From: Candidatus Latescibacterota bacterium
GTDB lineage: Bacteria > Latescibacterota > UBA2968 > GCA-2709665
DNA length: 64,000 nucleotides
Direction of reading: 5' to 3'
Assembly: GCA_965116875.1 (NCBI GenBank)
Contig: OZ220733.1
Location: 3,840,001-3,904,000 of the forward strand
Numbering within the stretch: position 1 is the stretch's first letter; each line of letters opens with the position of its first letter. Under the pieces are notes generated by a model. It ran no database searches. It had not been told where the DNA came from and saw only the letters and a list, made by a program, of their open reading frames with translations. Shown here piece after piece: positions 45,501-55,099 of the stretch. The translations under genes and the position numbers were made by a program.

Positions 45501-47087
45501 GCGCCTGGGAAAGGTACGTACGAACCCCTTCAGGCCGCGCATCCGGTCATCGGGATTGAGCCGGTAATCCGGGATGAGCGACGGGTCGTTCAGGGCAATG
45601 TCGAGTACGCCCGCAATCAGGCGGATCTGTTTTGCGAGATTCTCGAAGTTTACCCCTTCCGGCCGGTCCAGGGGCGTATCGACCCGGAAGCGGGCATCGT
45701 TCAGCGTGACCAGAGACAGGGCGAGCGTGCCGGCTTCGAGAACGACTTCGCCGTCGGTCTTCAGGTTCGCGCCGGGGATGAACATATCCCAGGTCATTCC
45801 GCCCGTGGGATTGATGCCGTCCAGCAGCGCCTGATCGGGGTCGAGGCCGAAAGCGGGCGCGATCGCCTTCGAAACCCGGACGAATTTCTTGCCGAAGGGC
45901 GTGAAGAACCGGTTGTAGTAGAAGTTGCGCGTGCTGTTCCAGACGCCGATTTGAGCGGTCTGGCTCGACAGGTCCAGACCGATGAAGAGACGAATGTCGA
46001 TGGGGTCGGTCATCAGCGCCGCGAAGTGTCTTTCCTTCCTGGCGTGGCGGCCCAGAAAGTCGCAGATGCCGCGGAAGCCGAGATGGTGGGCGGACGTGGC
46101 CAGAAAGAGCACCGTACGCCCGGGGGGGTATCGCTTGAAGTAGTCGACCAGTTCCAGCAGGGCGACCGCGCCGCTGGCCATCTCGGCGCCGGGCGCCAGC
46201 GCCGGGACGACGGACATGGCGTCGTAGTACGCGTTGATCACGACGATCTGTTCCTTCAGGATCGGATCCGAGCCCGGAAGGAAGCCCAGAATATTGTGGG
46301 CGGTGTGTTTCTCCCACTCCATTCTCGCGTGCAGTTCGATCTCCAGTTCGCCGCGTTGTTCAAGAAGTGCCTTCAGAGCCTGCCCCGATGCTTTATCGAT
46401 CCAGAACCGTTCCACGCTGTTGGGCACCTGCAGGAATTTCTGCTCGGCTTCGGTATAGAAAGTTGAATCGGGCTCGATGAAGATGATCTGCCCGGCCCCC
46501 AGGGTGGCCGCATTCAGCCAGCTGTTCCGGGTATTGAATTCCATGAGGACGGCGGCGCCCTCGAGCGCGTGACCGTTGAAGTCGGCGAATTCCCCGGTCG
46601 CGCCGTAGATCAACCGCGTGCGGACCCCTTCGCGCGGCAGCGTGGAGGTCTTGACGAGGTTTGGCCAGATCGCGTGCATGGGAAACGTGATTTTGTCCGG
46701 CAACAGCGTCAGGCTGCCGCCCTTGTCAACGGGCGAGGTGACGTCGAACGGCTCGGCCCGGACGTCCTGGAGACCGGCGCTCTCGAAACGGCGCCGGATG
46801 TACTCCGCGGCCGCGGCGTGTCCGGGGTATCCGGGAACTCGCGACCGGTGCTCCGTAAAGCGGGCAACGTGCGATCTCACGCCGGCGTCCGATACGGTAT
46901 CGAGTACGCGAACCGAAGTGGCGTTCGCTTCCGGAATGGAAGGGGACGGTGGGGAAACCGGCGCTCGGAGTCCCAGGATTGCGGCAAGGTAGGGGTTGAC
47001 GCGTTCCGGTCCCACCGCAAGGCCGGCAAAGGCCCCGGCGGCGAAGAGAAGCGCCAGTACAAGACCGATGCGTGGACGGGTTTTCAT
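42552..47087 (-). CDS. M28-peptidase-like / FtsX-MacB permease fusion protein (1511 aa)
   Basis: Signal/anchor; SRVPGYPGH..AAEYI and PA/M28-like region; TM bundle; NMKRRKLRTALT; NTMMGSVYERFREIGVYSAVGL...FIAEA FtsX signature. Confidence 0.8.
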   Translation of the reverse strand: MKTRPRIGLVLALLFAAGAFAGLAVGPERVNPYLAAILGLRAPVSPPSPSIPEANATSVRVLDTVSDAGVRSHVARFTEHRSRVPGYPGHAAAAEYIRRRFESAGLQDVRAEPFDVTSPVDKGGSLTLLPDKITFPMHAIWPNLVKTSTLPREGVRTRLIYGATGEFADFNGHALEGAAVLMEFNTRNSWLNAATLGAGQIIFIEPDSTFYTEAEQKFLQVPNSVERFWIDKASGQALKALLEQRGELEIELHARMEWEKHTAHNILGFLPGSDPILKEQIVVINAYYDAMSVVPALAPGAEMASGAVALLELVDYFKRYPPGRTVLFLATSAHHLGFRGICDFLGRHARKERHFAALMTDPIDIRLFIGLDLSSQTAQIGVWNSTRNFYYNRFFTPFGKKFVRVSKAIAPAFGLDPDQALLDGINPTGGMTWDMFIPGANLKTDGEVVLEAGTLALSLVTLNDARFRVDTPLDRPEGVNFENLAKQIRLIAGVLDIALNDPSLIPDYRLNPDDRMRGLKGFVRTFPRRSIVPDRPKPGAIAALRMGIDKSVKGVRRIYYDLADENGEFYMPGIAERRVSVSAYFQDPETGEITYAPNYGQQARIYRGDFDMDWWISKRNIILFPCIATDFYDTVDPRFLTKLSQISVYGSGNVTPQEYGYAIGFGPTEPVGTLFTRPGERIKVAMRAGGGAAGSGEVGIRFLLLNATSAESEEIARGTGYPTLTHGSFARTSFLAARDMWTLNEARKQEMQKYAIENQRLNMLHSRARVHLDMAEAAMTQSRWDVFMKHTRAALGIESRAYPDVKDTQNDVVRGVVFFMALVIPCAFFTERLIFTAVDIRRQIAGFIGIFVLIWVFLSNVHPAFEISNPLVVLLAFVILALAVFVISLVFSRFNETMRRLRVPDVRLHETDVGRISASLAAFQLGIANMKRRKLRTALTFTTLLLLTFTVLSFTSIKTALEFRRIPLGMEGPYPGMLIRSKFWGPLEDVVYDYAVTHFRESAITAPRSWYYTREKKIIPVESENRSTHVLGVLGMTPEEADVTGIHRTLKSGRWFRPGESACILPGKIAELLGVDPARPEATRVRVFGESLPVIGLIDAGAFSELKDLDEEPLSPADFKLTDELAIEQMTTQETREKQGLEQPEVEIMPFEHINPDDVLIVPYAFLRQVGSPLQSVALRFDARSDVESIVKELLSRLSVVLFAGLPDADGRVSVSIFSSLGDTSRRGMSDLFIPILIASLIVLNTMMGSVYERFREIGVYSAVGLAPVHVAFLFIAEACVYAVLGTVSGYVLGQGVAKLLLWQGWLSGVTVNYSAQSAVVSSALVMAVVILSTLYPARQASLMAVPDVSRRWKIPEPDGDDWRFEFPFTVGGNDVFGLCVFLTDYFDSHSGEAMGAFYTDGAHLYGKGGAGETGYAIRTTLWLAPFDLGVSEELRFEAEPTGQFDIYTLKLTLRRRSGEVASWRRVNQGFMNTLRKQFLIWRTVDPAEKAAYRKKGMRILVSDEPEAEPA

Positions 47088-47174
47088 TGAGTCATCCAGT
47101 TCAAGGCTTCCGCAGTACCGCTTCCGTTGTGGATACCCGGGTTCCGATCGCGGACATCCGCCGGCGGATGCGTA

Positions 47175-49181
47175 TCAGAAGCGGTGAACGCTGTGGCCCC
47201 GTTCCGGGAACCAGAGGACGTCGATAAAGGCCGAGAGGGCGACGCCGAGTATATAGCCGGCGAGCAGGCCGATGAACAGGGGACGCGATTTCCTGTATAC
47301 GGAAGGCCCGCCCATCTTCAGCATCACCAATTTGACCAGCCAGGCCAGCAATATCGTCAGGCTGGTTCGCCGGGCCAGATACGAACCGGATATGGCCAGT
47401 CCGACGGGATGCAGCGGCCACCAGACGAATCGGTGACGCAGAAAAATGAGCAGGAGCGTGGCCAGGCCGCCCAGGCCGAAGAACACCATATGGTCCGGAT
47501 GTTCCCGGTAGACGGGCGGATCGGGCGGTTTTGTCAGGAAGTTCTTGACGGACGTCGCGGTGCCTTCGAAATGCTTGGGCCCCGCGCGCACGATTTCCCA
47601 GGAGTTGAAGTTGTAGGCGCCGTCCCGGTATCCCAACTGGATCGTGAGCAGCAAACTCGCGATCCAACTGGCCAGAAAAGCCAGTACGACGGCATACGCA
47701 AGACGCCGCCGGCCGCCCCGGACGCCCTCCGCAACGCGTCCCGCGTGTGCGAGGGCGGGCAGGAAGAGTCCCTTGAAGTGGGAGGTGATCCTGGAAGCGA
47801 ACCTGCGAGCGACGCGCGTTCGCTCGTTTATGATCGATCCCTCAAGAAAAGGCGATACGAGACCCCACGGGCCCGCCGGCACGTTGGTGTACGGCATGCC
47901 GGTTTCCGCGAGAATCTTGGCCAGGCCAACGTACGTGAAGATGACCGCCGGAAGGAGCAGGGCCGCCAGAAGCGGGTCGAAGCCGATGCGCCAGAGCCAG
48001 AGCCACATGAACGCGAGCCCCACAAGCAGGGCGACGACGGCCGTACGGCAGGAGAGCGGATCGTCCCGGTCGTCCATCGGATGGTCCCGGTTCCAGGCCT
48101 TGCGGAACACATCCCTGATGTGGCGTCTGCCTACCCAGAAGACGGAGGCGGCCAGCATGGCGAATGCGCCCTTGGTCTGCCAGTAATAGACGCCGCGGTA
48201 ATAATACGGCGATATGGCCGTAAACCCCCGGCGGTGCAGCCAGCCGCCTTCGGAAATGAACAGCAGGTCGAAGAACCAGATGCTGAACAGAACGTCCAGG
48301 CTGGCGAAATAGGAGAAGAAGATGGTAAACAGACCGATGAAGAAATAGCCGGGCGGATGCTGACGGTCGATCCAGAGCCAACGGCCCCGATAGACCGGAA
48401 ACCGTGGAAAGCCGGGCAGGAAATAGTTGATGCAGTTCCAGGCGATCATTCCGAAGGCCAGCCCGAAGCCGATCCAGAACAGGTAGTTCTTCGTGAAATC
48501 AGGGAGTGCGAATCTTCCGCTGCCGGGTTCTTCCGCCATGTGAATCAGGGGCGCCATCGCCGGAAATGCCAGGCGTTCGTTCTGCACCCACTGTCTGCGA
48601 AAGACGACGGCCACGCAGCCGAGGACCACGAATGCCGCGACGATGAACGTGGTCCACCACAACAGCGGAAGCACCCATGCATCCCAGGGGACCTGCGCGC
48701 CTTTGGGTGCGCCTTCGAAGAACCAGGTGACGGCCTTGTTTTCGTCTGAAGGGATCAGCCACGGGTTGATATACGGATGCAGGTAGATATGCCACTCGTT
48801 GACTTCGGTCGCGAAATAGTACGGGGATGCGATGTACCCAAGCAGATAGCCGCTCAGACCGAAACCGGGAACCGCCGCGCCGACGACGCCCATGGCCAGA
48901 ATGACGTGCCATTCCGCCGGCGCAAGCTTCCACCGGAAAATCCGCGCCAGGAGCGCGCATGCCATGATCATCAGCACAAACACGATGAGCATGGCCATCG
49001 GCACGTGGCTGTACGTCATCAGCGAACCGTGTACGACGTACCGGAGATGGATCGCAAGCGCGTCCAGGCCCAGGACAAGCACCAGGCCCGATGCCACGGA
49101 CCGGACCGTGACGCCTCCGGACGATTTCGTGGAGGCCGTGTCCGTTTCGGTAGGGACGGCTGTTCGTTCAGCGCTGGCCAT
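47175..49181 (-). CDS. DUF6785/DUF6784-like polytopic membrane protein
   Basis: VPWDAW..PL..W, RRQWVQNERLAFP and C-terminal WWPLHPVG...AWLVK....GG..YR...PLFIGL..G patterns. Start ATG 49181. Confidence 0.75.
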   Translation of the reverse strand: MASAERTAVPTETDTASTKSSGGVTVRSVASGLVLVLGLDALAIHLRYVVHGSLMTYSHVPMAMLIVFVLMIMACALLARIFRWKLAPAEWHVILAMGVVGAAVPGFGLSGYLLGYIASPYYFATEVNEWHIYLHPYINPWLIPSDENKAVTWFFEGAPKGAQVPWDAWVLPLLWWTTFIVAAFVVLGCVAVVFRRQWVQNERLAFPAMAPLIHMAEEPGSGRFALPDFTKNYLFWIGFGLAFGMIAWNCINYFLPGFPRFPVYRGRWLWIDRQHPPGYFFIGLFTIFFSYFASLDVLFSIWFFDLLFISEGGWLHRRGFTAISPYYYRGVYYWQTKGAFAMLAASVFWVGRRHIRDVFRKAWNRDHPMDDRDDPLSCRTAVVALLVGLAFMWLWLWRIGFDPLLAALLLPAVIFTYVGLAKILAETGMPYTNVPAGPWGLVSPFLEGSIINERTRVARRFASRITSHFKGLFLPALAHAGRVAEGVRGGRRRLAYAVVLAFLASWIASLLLTIQLGYRDGAYNFNSWEIVRAGPKHFEGTATSVKNFLTKPPDPPVYREHPDHMVFFGLGGLATLLLIFLRHRFVWWPLHPVGLAISGSYLARRTSLTILLAWLVKLVMLKMGGPSVYRKSRPLFIGLLAGYILGVALSAFIDVLWFPERGHSVHRF

Positions 49182-49351
49182 CGTTTGGCGTTGGAAGATC
49201 AGTGACGGGTGCGTGACTGAAAAGGCGTCCGGCCCGGTCTCGAAGCTCGATTCGGACGTGAGACCGGACCGGCGGGGGCGAAGACTCAATGATTCCTGAT
49301 TTTCGCAATCGGGCGATCCGGTACTGCCCCTGGTAATTTACAGCAACTGTC

Positions 49352-49380
49352 TTGACATCCTCAAATGGTTTTGTTAGATT
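49352..49380 (+). promoter_or_regulatory. Sigma70 promoter of tRNA-Phe
   Basis: TTGACA-N17-TAGATT. Confidence 0.75.
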
Positions 49381-49428
49381 TCCGCCTTTGTCGTACCACG
49401 GAAACGATGCATTTTCCCGTGGAATGGA

Positions 49429-49504
<76 letters not shown>

Positions 49505-49640
49505 TTTCTTTACTAACCAATACCCGGTCGAATCCGCGTCCATCCGCCCATGCGCCGCGGATCGCGGGAATTTACGGTCGGGTGGGGGGGCGCCGCTTCG
49601 TCATGGGAATCGGCGAACTCCCCGGAGACGGAGAACGTTG

Positions 49641-49832
49641 ATGGCCGTTCCCGAACTCATCGTGAGCCGCGACCGCCTGATCGAACTGGTCAGAGAAGGC
49701 CGGACGCCGCTTGAGATCGCCGATATGTTTCGTGTCGACGAAGCCATCATTCGCGACATGATCCGCCGGCTCGAGCAGAACGGGTACTACGACCTGCTTT
49801 ACGGCCCGGCCGTCGATCGGGGCGTGGAGTGA
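49641..49832 (+). CDS. Small helix-turn-helix protein (63 aa)
   Basis: LIELVREGRTPLEIADMFRVDEAIIRDMIRRL; GGAG RBS. Confidence 0.65.
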   Translation: MAVPELIVSRDRLIELVREGRTPLEIADMFRVDEAIIRDMIRRLEQNGYYDLLYGPAVDRGVE

Positions 49833-49932
49833 CTCCCGGATCGGCTTTTCGAGCCGACGTGGAAACCGGGGTACAGGAAAGGCGTTCGTCGTTCAGACGA
49901 ACGCCTCGTTTCTTGCCGTGCGCCGCTGCGTT

Positions 49933-50721
49933 TCAGTTGCTCAATTCTTCGATATCCAGCCCTTCGATCCGTCCTTCCTGGATGTCGATCTCATCCCGCC
50001 TCCGCACCAGTTCCACCTGTCCGTCCCGCAGGTCCACGACCCGATCTGATGCAACGAGCATTTTGTGGTCGTGTGTGTTCGTGACGATGGTGACGCCGCT
50101 CTCGGACTGGAGTCTCTGCAGCAACTCGATGATTTCCTGGCCGGTTTTGAGGTCCAGGTTGCCGGTGGGTTCATCCGCCAGGACCAGGTCCGGGTCGTTG
50201 GCGATGGCGCGGGCGATGGCCACGCGCTGCTGCTGCCCTCCCGAGAGTTCGTAAGGGTTGTGCTTCAGGCGTTCGCCCAGGCCCACCTGGGTGAGTTTGT
50301 GAGCGGCCCTTTCTTCGTATTCCGACTTTTTCATACCTGAAAAAACCATGGGAAGCGCGACGTTCTCCAGGGCGGTCATCACGGGGATCAGGTTGAAGCT
50401 CTGGAATATGTAACCGATATTGTGACAGCGCAGATAGGCGATCTGCGCCTGGCTGAGCGATCCCATTTCGATCGCATTGACGACGACCGTACCCCTGGAG
50501 GGCCGATCCAGGGCGCCAACCATGTTGAAAAGCGTTGTCTTGCCCGAACCCGATGGACCCATAATGGAGAGGTACTCGCCCCGGATGACGTCCAACGAGA
50601 CGCCGCGCAGCGCGTGGACTTCCTGGTCTCCCATCGAATAGGTTTTCCAGACGTCATGCACCTCGATGATGTGGTCTTCGTTTTCCTGATCCGCGGATCG
50701 GGCGTCGGGCGCCTGCGCCAT
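49933..50721 (-). CDS. MacB/LolD-type ABC transporter ATPase
   Basis: GPSGSGKT, IFQSFNL, LSGGQQQR, LADEPTGNLD, THD. Confidence 0.93.
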   Translation of the reverse strand: MAQAPDARSADQENEDHIIEVHDVWKTYSMGDQEVHALRGVSLDVIRGEYLSIMGPSGSGKTTLFNMVGALDRPSRGTVVVNAIEMGSLSQAQIAYLRCHNIGYIFQSFNLIPVMTALENVALPMVFSGMKKSEYEERAAHKLTQVGLGERLKHNPYELSGGQQQRVAIARAIANDPDLVLADEPTGNLDLKTGQEIIELLQRLQSESGVTIVTNTHDHKMLVASDRVVDLRDGQVELVRRRDEIDIQEGRIEGLDIEELSN

Positions 50722-50883
50722 AACGGCTTCTCCTGAACGTTTTTCTTGGATTTTGTCAATAGCCCGATTATGTTAGAGAAAACAGGGTCTTCTGTCAAGG
50801 ATTTTGTCGGCGCAGAACTGTCGCGGAATCCGGCCAGGCCCTGGCGCCCGGTTTGTGTTCCGGAAAGTCAGGAGGGTTCGGCG

Positions 50884-51711
50884 ATGAAGCTTGCGGTGTG
50901 CAACGAGTTTTTCGAAGGCTGGGAGATCGAGCGGGTGTTCGACTATGCCGCCGGGATCGGATGCGACGGGGTGGAGATTGCGCCGTTCACCCTGGCGGAG
51001 TCCGTACACGACATTTCATCGGCCCGGCGGCGGGACATCAGACAGGCGGCGGAAGCGGCCGGCGTGGAGATCGTTGGTCTGCACTGGCTGCTCGTAAAAC
51101 CCGCCGGTCTGTACATCAACCATCCGGATCGCCAGGTGTGGCAACGTACTCAGGACTACGTGAAGTCGCTGATCGATTTCTGCGGCGACCTCGGGGGAAG
51201 CGTGATGATTCACGGTTCTCCGCAACAGCGGAATATTCAGGAGGGATGGAACGCCGACGACTGCCTTGCCCGCGCCGTGGAGTTGTTCGCCGGGTGCGCG
51301 GATCTGATGGCCCAAAGGGGCGTTACGTATTGCATCGAGCCGCTGACGGTTCAGGAGACCAATTTCGTAACCGGTGTGGCGGAAGCTCTGAAGCTGGTTG
51401 AGGCCGTCGGGCATCCGAATTTTCAGACCATGGTGGACTGCCGCGCGGCGTCCACCGAGGCCATGTCCCATCCCGAAGTCATCGCACGGGCGGGAAGTGC
51501 GATGCGGCACGTACACGTGAACGACCCCAATCTGCGGGGACCCGGATTTGGCGAGCTGCAGTTCGCCCCCATACTGAAGAAGCTTAAGGAATTACGCTTC
51601 GGCGGATACGTGTCGGTTGAAGTCTTCGATTTCGAGCCGGACCCTGAGACGATTGCCGCAAGAAGCATCGGCTACCTGAAGGGCATTCTCGAAGGCCTTG
51701 ACGCAGGTTAA
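50884..51711 (+). CDS. Sugar phosphate isomerase/epimerase (xylose-isomerase-like TIM barrel; ketose 3-epimerase-like)
   Basis: GVEIAP, IEPL...E, MVD, HVHVND, GPG.G, VSVEVF. Start ATG 50884. Confidence 0.88.
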   Translation: MKLAVCNEFFEGWEIERVFDYAAGIGCDGVEIAPFTLAESVHDISSARRRDIRQAAEAAGVEIVGLHWLLVKPAGLYINHPDRQVWQRTQDYVKSLIDFCGDLGGSVMIHGSPQQRNIQEGWNADDCLARAVELFAGCADLMAQRGVTYCIEPLTVQETNFVTGVAEALKLVEAVGHPNFQTMVDCRAASTEAMSHPEVIARAGSAMRHVHVNDPNLRGPGFGELQFAPILKKLKELRFGGYVSVEVFDFEPDPETIAARSIGYLKGILEGLDAG

Positions 51712-51958
51712 CCTTGATTCCTCATTTTTCGAGGACGTTAATTCGAATATGTGTCAGTAAAAAAGGCGATTAAACTGCTGATTACCAGGATACACCAGGA
51801 CACTGTACGTGAACGGAAAAAATGTCCTTCATGACGACCATTTCGGCCCGTTTCGAAAGGTTTCGTCGCGGTGCCGCGTTGCGGCTTTCGCGGAATTGAG
51901 GTTAATGCGCAAGGGGTTTCGCCGGAACGGTGACCGGTTCGTTATGTGTTCGTGGGGA

Positions 51959-53395
51959 TCAGAATTCGCCCGTGTCTTCAGGCGTGATCGGCGTCAGGCG
52001 AAGTACGGTCCCGGGGTTGTTCAGGACGACGTAGATGGCCCCGTCGGGGCCGCTCGCCACGTCGCGCACGCGGCCGGCATTCTTGAGAATGGTCTCCTGG
52101 TAGATCACACGGTCGTTCTCGATGGTGAGGAGGCGGACTTCCTCATACGCAAGAGCGCCCACGAGCAGGCGGTTTTTCCATCTCGGGAAAAGGTCGCCGC
52201 GATAGAAGTCGATGCCGCACACGGCGATGGAGGGCCGCCAGAACAGAACGGGCTGTTCCAGACCCGGTTTGCTCTCGAATTCCGACACAAGCGTCCCGTT
52301 GTAGTTACGCCCGTAGGTGATCGTCGGCCAGCCGTAGTTGACGCCCGCCGTGATCAGGTTGATCTCATCGCCGCCCATCGGCCCGTGCTCGCTCTCCCAT
52401 AGCGCGCCTGTAACCGGATGCACCGCCAGCCCCTGCGGGTTTCGCTGGCCGAAGCTGTATATGCTGGGAAGCGCGCCTTCCCGTTCCAGGAAGGGGTTGT
52501 CATCGGGAATCCGGCCGTCCCGGTGGATGCGGTGGATCTTGCCGCCGGGGTGTCCCAGGTCCTGTGCGTACCTGGGGATTCCCCGGTCTCCGACGGGGAA
52601 ATAGAGATAACCCGCGGGATCGAAGACGATGCGGCAGCCGTAATGGTGCCGGGTTCTGTCGTAGGTCTCGTGCGGCGCTTCGTAGATGACCTGCTGATCG
52701 GTCCAGGCGTTGTCTTTCATTCGCCCCCGCACGAGGCGCGTCATCGCGGGCGGGCGGTCGCTTTCTGCGGTGTCCCTGAGCGCGTGGCTGTAAGACAGGT
52801 AGATCCACCCGTTCTCCCGATAGTCTGGATCTACCGCCGCATCCATAAGGCCGCCCTGCCCCTGGTGCAGAACGGGTGGCGTATTTGAAACGGAATCGGG
52901 TTGAAGTACGCCGTTCTTCACCACGCGAAGCCTTCCGGGCCGCTCGGTGATGAGGGCGGTGGCGGCGTCCGGGAACGCGATCGACCAGGGGAGCCGAAGG
53001 CCTTCAACCCAGCGTTCGACACGGATGCGGTAATCGTAGGTGTCAAGGCTGTCCGGAATGGGCGGTTTTGTGGCGCCCGCGGATCTTTCGGTCTCCCGGA
53101 TGAATGCCGAGATGGCGTTGATCTGGTTCCGCGTGAGCGCTTCTCCGAACGCGGGCATACCCTGCTGGACGATGCCGAACATGATGTTGCGGGCGATGTT
53201 TCCCCGTCCGCCATAGATCCAGACGCCGTCGATCAGACTGGGCGCCGTGACGCCCTCCAGGTTCTGGCCGTGACAGGTCGCGCAGTATTGGACGTAGAGT
53301 GTCCGGCCGTCGGTCGACGGTTCGTCGGCCGCGACCGGGAGTATGCCGTCTGCATACAGGGTGAAAAGCAGAAAGCTGATCGCCGCGCGCAGCAT
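51959..53395 (-). CDS. PQQ-dependent sugar dehydrogenase (YliI/GSDH) with N-terminal cytochrome c
   Basis: Signal peptide; CATCH...GMP; GQGGLMD, GDRG, G.RNPQG, EHGPMGGDE, NYGWP, GRVRDV. Confidence 0.92.
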   Translation of the reverse strand: MLRAAISFLLFTLYADGILPVAADEPSTDGRTLYVQYCATCHGQNLEGVTAPSLIDGVWIYGGRGNIARNIMFGIVQQGMPAFGEALTRNQINAISAFIRETERSAGATKPPIPDSLDTYDYRIRVERWVEGLRLPWSIAFPDAATALITERPGRLRVVKNGVLQPDSVSNTPPVLHQGQGGLMDAAVDPDYRENGWIYLSYSHALRDTAESDRPPAMTRLVRGRMKDNAWTDQQVIYEAPHETYDRTRHHYGCRIVFDPAGYLYFPVGDRGIPRYAQDLGHPGGKIHRIHRDGRIPDDNPFLEREGALPSIYSFGQRNPQGLAVHPVTGALWESEHGPMGGDEINLITAGVNYGWPTITYGRNYNGTLVSEFESKPGLEQPVLFWRPSIAVCGIDFYRGDLFPRWKNRLLVGALAYEEVRLLTIENDRVIYQETILKNAGRVRDVASGPDGAIYVVLNNPGTVLRLTPITPEDTGEF

Positions 53396-53474
53396 AAACC
53401 CTCCTGACGCGTTGTCGAAGAGACCGCGTTCAGCATCCCTCGCGACGTGACTCGAACTCATTTGCGGGAATCCG

Positions 53475-54503
53475 ATGGCAAAACCGGTGGAACCATTGGG
53501 CGTCGCCGTTATCGGCCCCGGAAGGATGGGCGGGCTTTATTCCCGGCTCCTCGATCAGTGCGCACTGACAAGGCTGGTGGCCGTATGCGGTCATGGCGAG
53601 GTCACCGCCCCGAAAGTCGCGATGGAATCGGGCGTACCGTTCTATACCGGCGCCCGTTACCTCGACATGCTCGCCGACCATCCGCAGATCGAGGCCGTCG
53701 TCGTCGCCACGTCCGAATGGGCGCATGCGGATCCGGTTGGCGCCTGCCTGGCGTCCGGGAAACATGTCCTGGTGGAAAAGCCGATGGCGACGTCTCCCTC
53801 AGATGCCGTCCGGATGGTTCGCGAAGCCGGCCGCGCCGGCGTTCATCTCATGGTATGCCACAGCCTGCGTTTCGACCCCCGGTTCGCCGCCATGCGGCAG
53901 GCCGCCGTCCGCGGGGACGTCGGCGAGGTTCTCCATATCTACAGCCGCAGGTCCTCGCACCCCGGAGCGGTGGATCGGGTACTCGGCCGTTTTCCCCTCG
54001 CGTACTGGCTGCTGCCCCACGACGTCGATCTGGCGCTTTGGACGACCGGGAGCGCGGTCGACCGCGTCAGGGCCTACGCCCGGTCCGGCGGGCGAGGCCG
54101 GCAGGATCTGATCGTCGTTGTGCTGACCTTCGAATGCGGCGCCGTTGCCGTCCTGGAAAACGTATGGGGTTCGCCGACAACGGCGGGACGGCCGCAGAAC
54201 CAGTTGTTTACCGTACGCGGCACGGCCGGAGCGGTGGAAGTGCTTCCGTACGAAACGGGAATTGCGGTCTACCGCGGGGGCGACGCCGCGTATCCGGACA
54301 CATCCGCCGCACCGGACGTCCACGGGCAGACAGAGGGTATGTCACGCTCGCTGATACGGCATTTCGCGGGTGTGGTTCGGGACCTCTGGAAGCCGCAGAT
54401 CACGCCGAGGGACGGGCTGGCGGTCGTCCGGGTGGCATCCGCGGTCGATGCTTCGCTTGAAGAGGGCCGCGAAATCACCATGTCTTCGATGGGGGACGTA
54501 TGA
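53475..54503 (+). CDS. Gfo/Idh/MocA-family oxidoreductase
   Basis: GPGRMG, GKHVLVEKPMA, RFDP, PHDVD. Confidence 0.9.
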   Translation: MAKPVEPLGVAVIGPGRMGGLYSRLLDQCALTRLVAVCGHGEVTAPKVAMESGVPFYTGARYLDMLADHPQIEAVVVATSEWAHADPVGACLASGKHVLVEKPMATSPSDAVRMVREAGRAGVHLMVCHSLRFDPRFAAMRQAAVRGDVGEVLHIYSRRSSHPGAVDRVLGRFPLAYWLLPHDVDLALWTTGSAVDRVRAYARSGGRGRQDLIVVVLTFECGAVAVLENVWGSPTTAGRPQNQLFTVRGTAGAVEVLPYETGIAVYRGGDAAYPDTSAAPDVHGQTEGMSRSLIRHFAGVVRDLWKPQITPRDGLAVVRVASAVDASLEEGREITMSSMGDV

Positions 54504-54883
54504 TCCGGTCGATTGAGCATATCGCAATTGTTGCGGCCGACTCCGGAACGCTCGCGCGGTGGTACTGCGACGTCCTCGGTTTTGAGATGATCCTCGAAAA
54601 CGAAGAGAGCCTGACGTATTTCGTGCGCCTGCCGGGTGGAGGTATCCTGGAATTCCTGCCGTCAAACGATCGTGCGCCCGCGGTCTGCGCCGCCGACGAC
54701 GCGGGCATCCGGCACATTGCGCTGAAAGTGGATGACTTCGATTCGGCGTGCAGGATGCTGGAGGATCGCGGCGCCGTATTTGTGGGGCCGTACCGGGAGA
54801 CGTCCGCGGGGACCCGGTTCAACTTCGTGGCGGATCCTGAAGGCAATCTGTTGCAGATTGTCTACCGGCCCGATCCATTATAA
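54500..54883 (+). CDS. VOC/glyoxalase-family protein
   Basis: IEHIAI, WYCDVLGF, RHIALKVDD, DPEGNLLQI; ATGA overlap with the upstream gene. Confidence 0.9.
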   Translation: MIRSIEHIAIVAADSGTLARWYCDVLGFEMILENEESLTYFVRLPGGGILEFLPSNDRAPAVCAADDAGIRHIALKVDDFDSACRMLEDRGAVFVGPYRETSAGTRFNFVADPEGNLLQIVYRPDPL

Positions 54884-55045
54884 GAAGTTGTTTTAAAATT
54901 ACCGGTGAGTTCCCGAGCGCGAGCGAAAAAGTGGCGGTCAAGGCGGGAAAATCCGCCCCTATTTGTCTATACGGGTGGATTTGCCCAACGCCGACCGGCG
55001 CTTTTGCAGCCGCGCGAAGACCGCTGGGAATTTTAAGACAGCTTC
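54884..55045. mobile_element. MITE-like repeat family B, full length (162 bp)
   Basis: TAA|GAAGTTGTTTTAAAATT...AATTTTAAGACAGCTTC|TAA: 17-bp imperfect inverted repeat with TAA direct repeat. The left TAA is the VOC stop codon. Confidence 0.8.
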
Positions 55046-55099
55046 TAATAGCGGTATGTGCCGTATCGGCGAACGCACCGGTTCCGTTATCCGTCCGGC

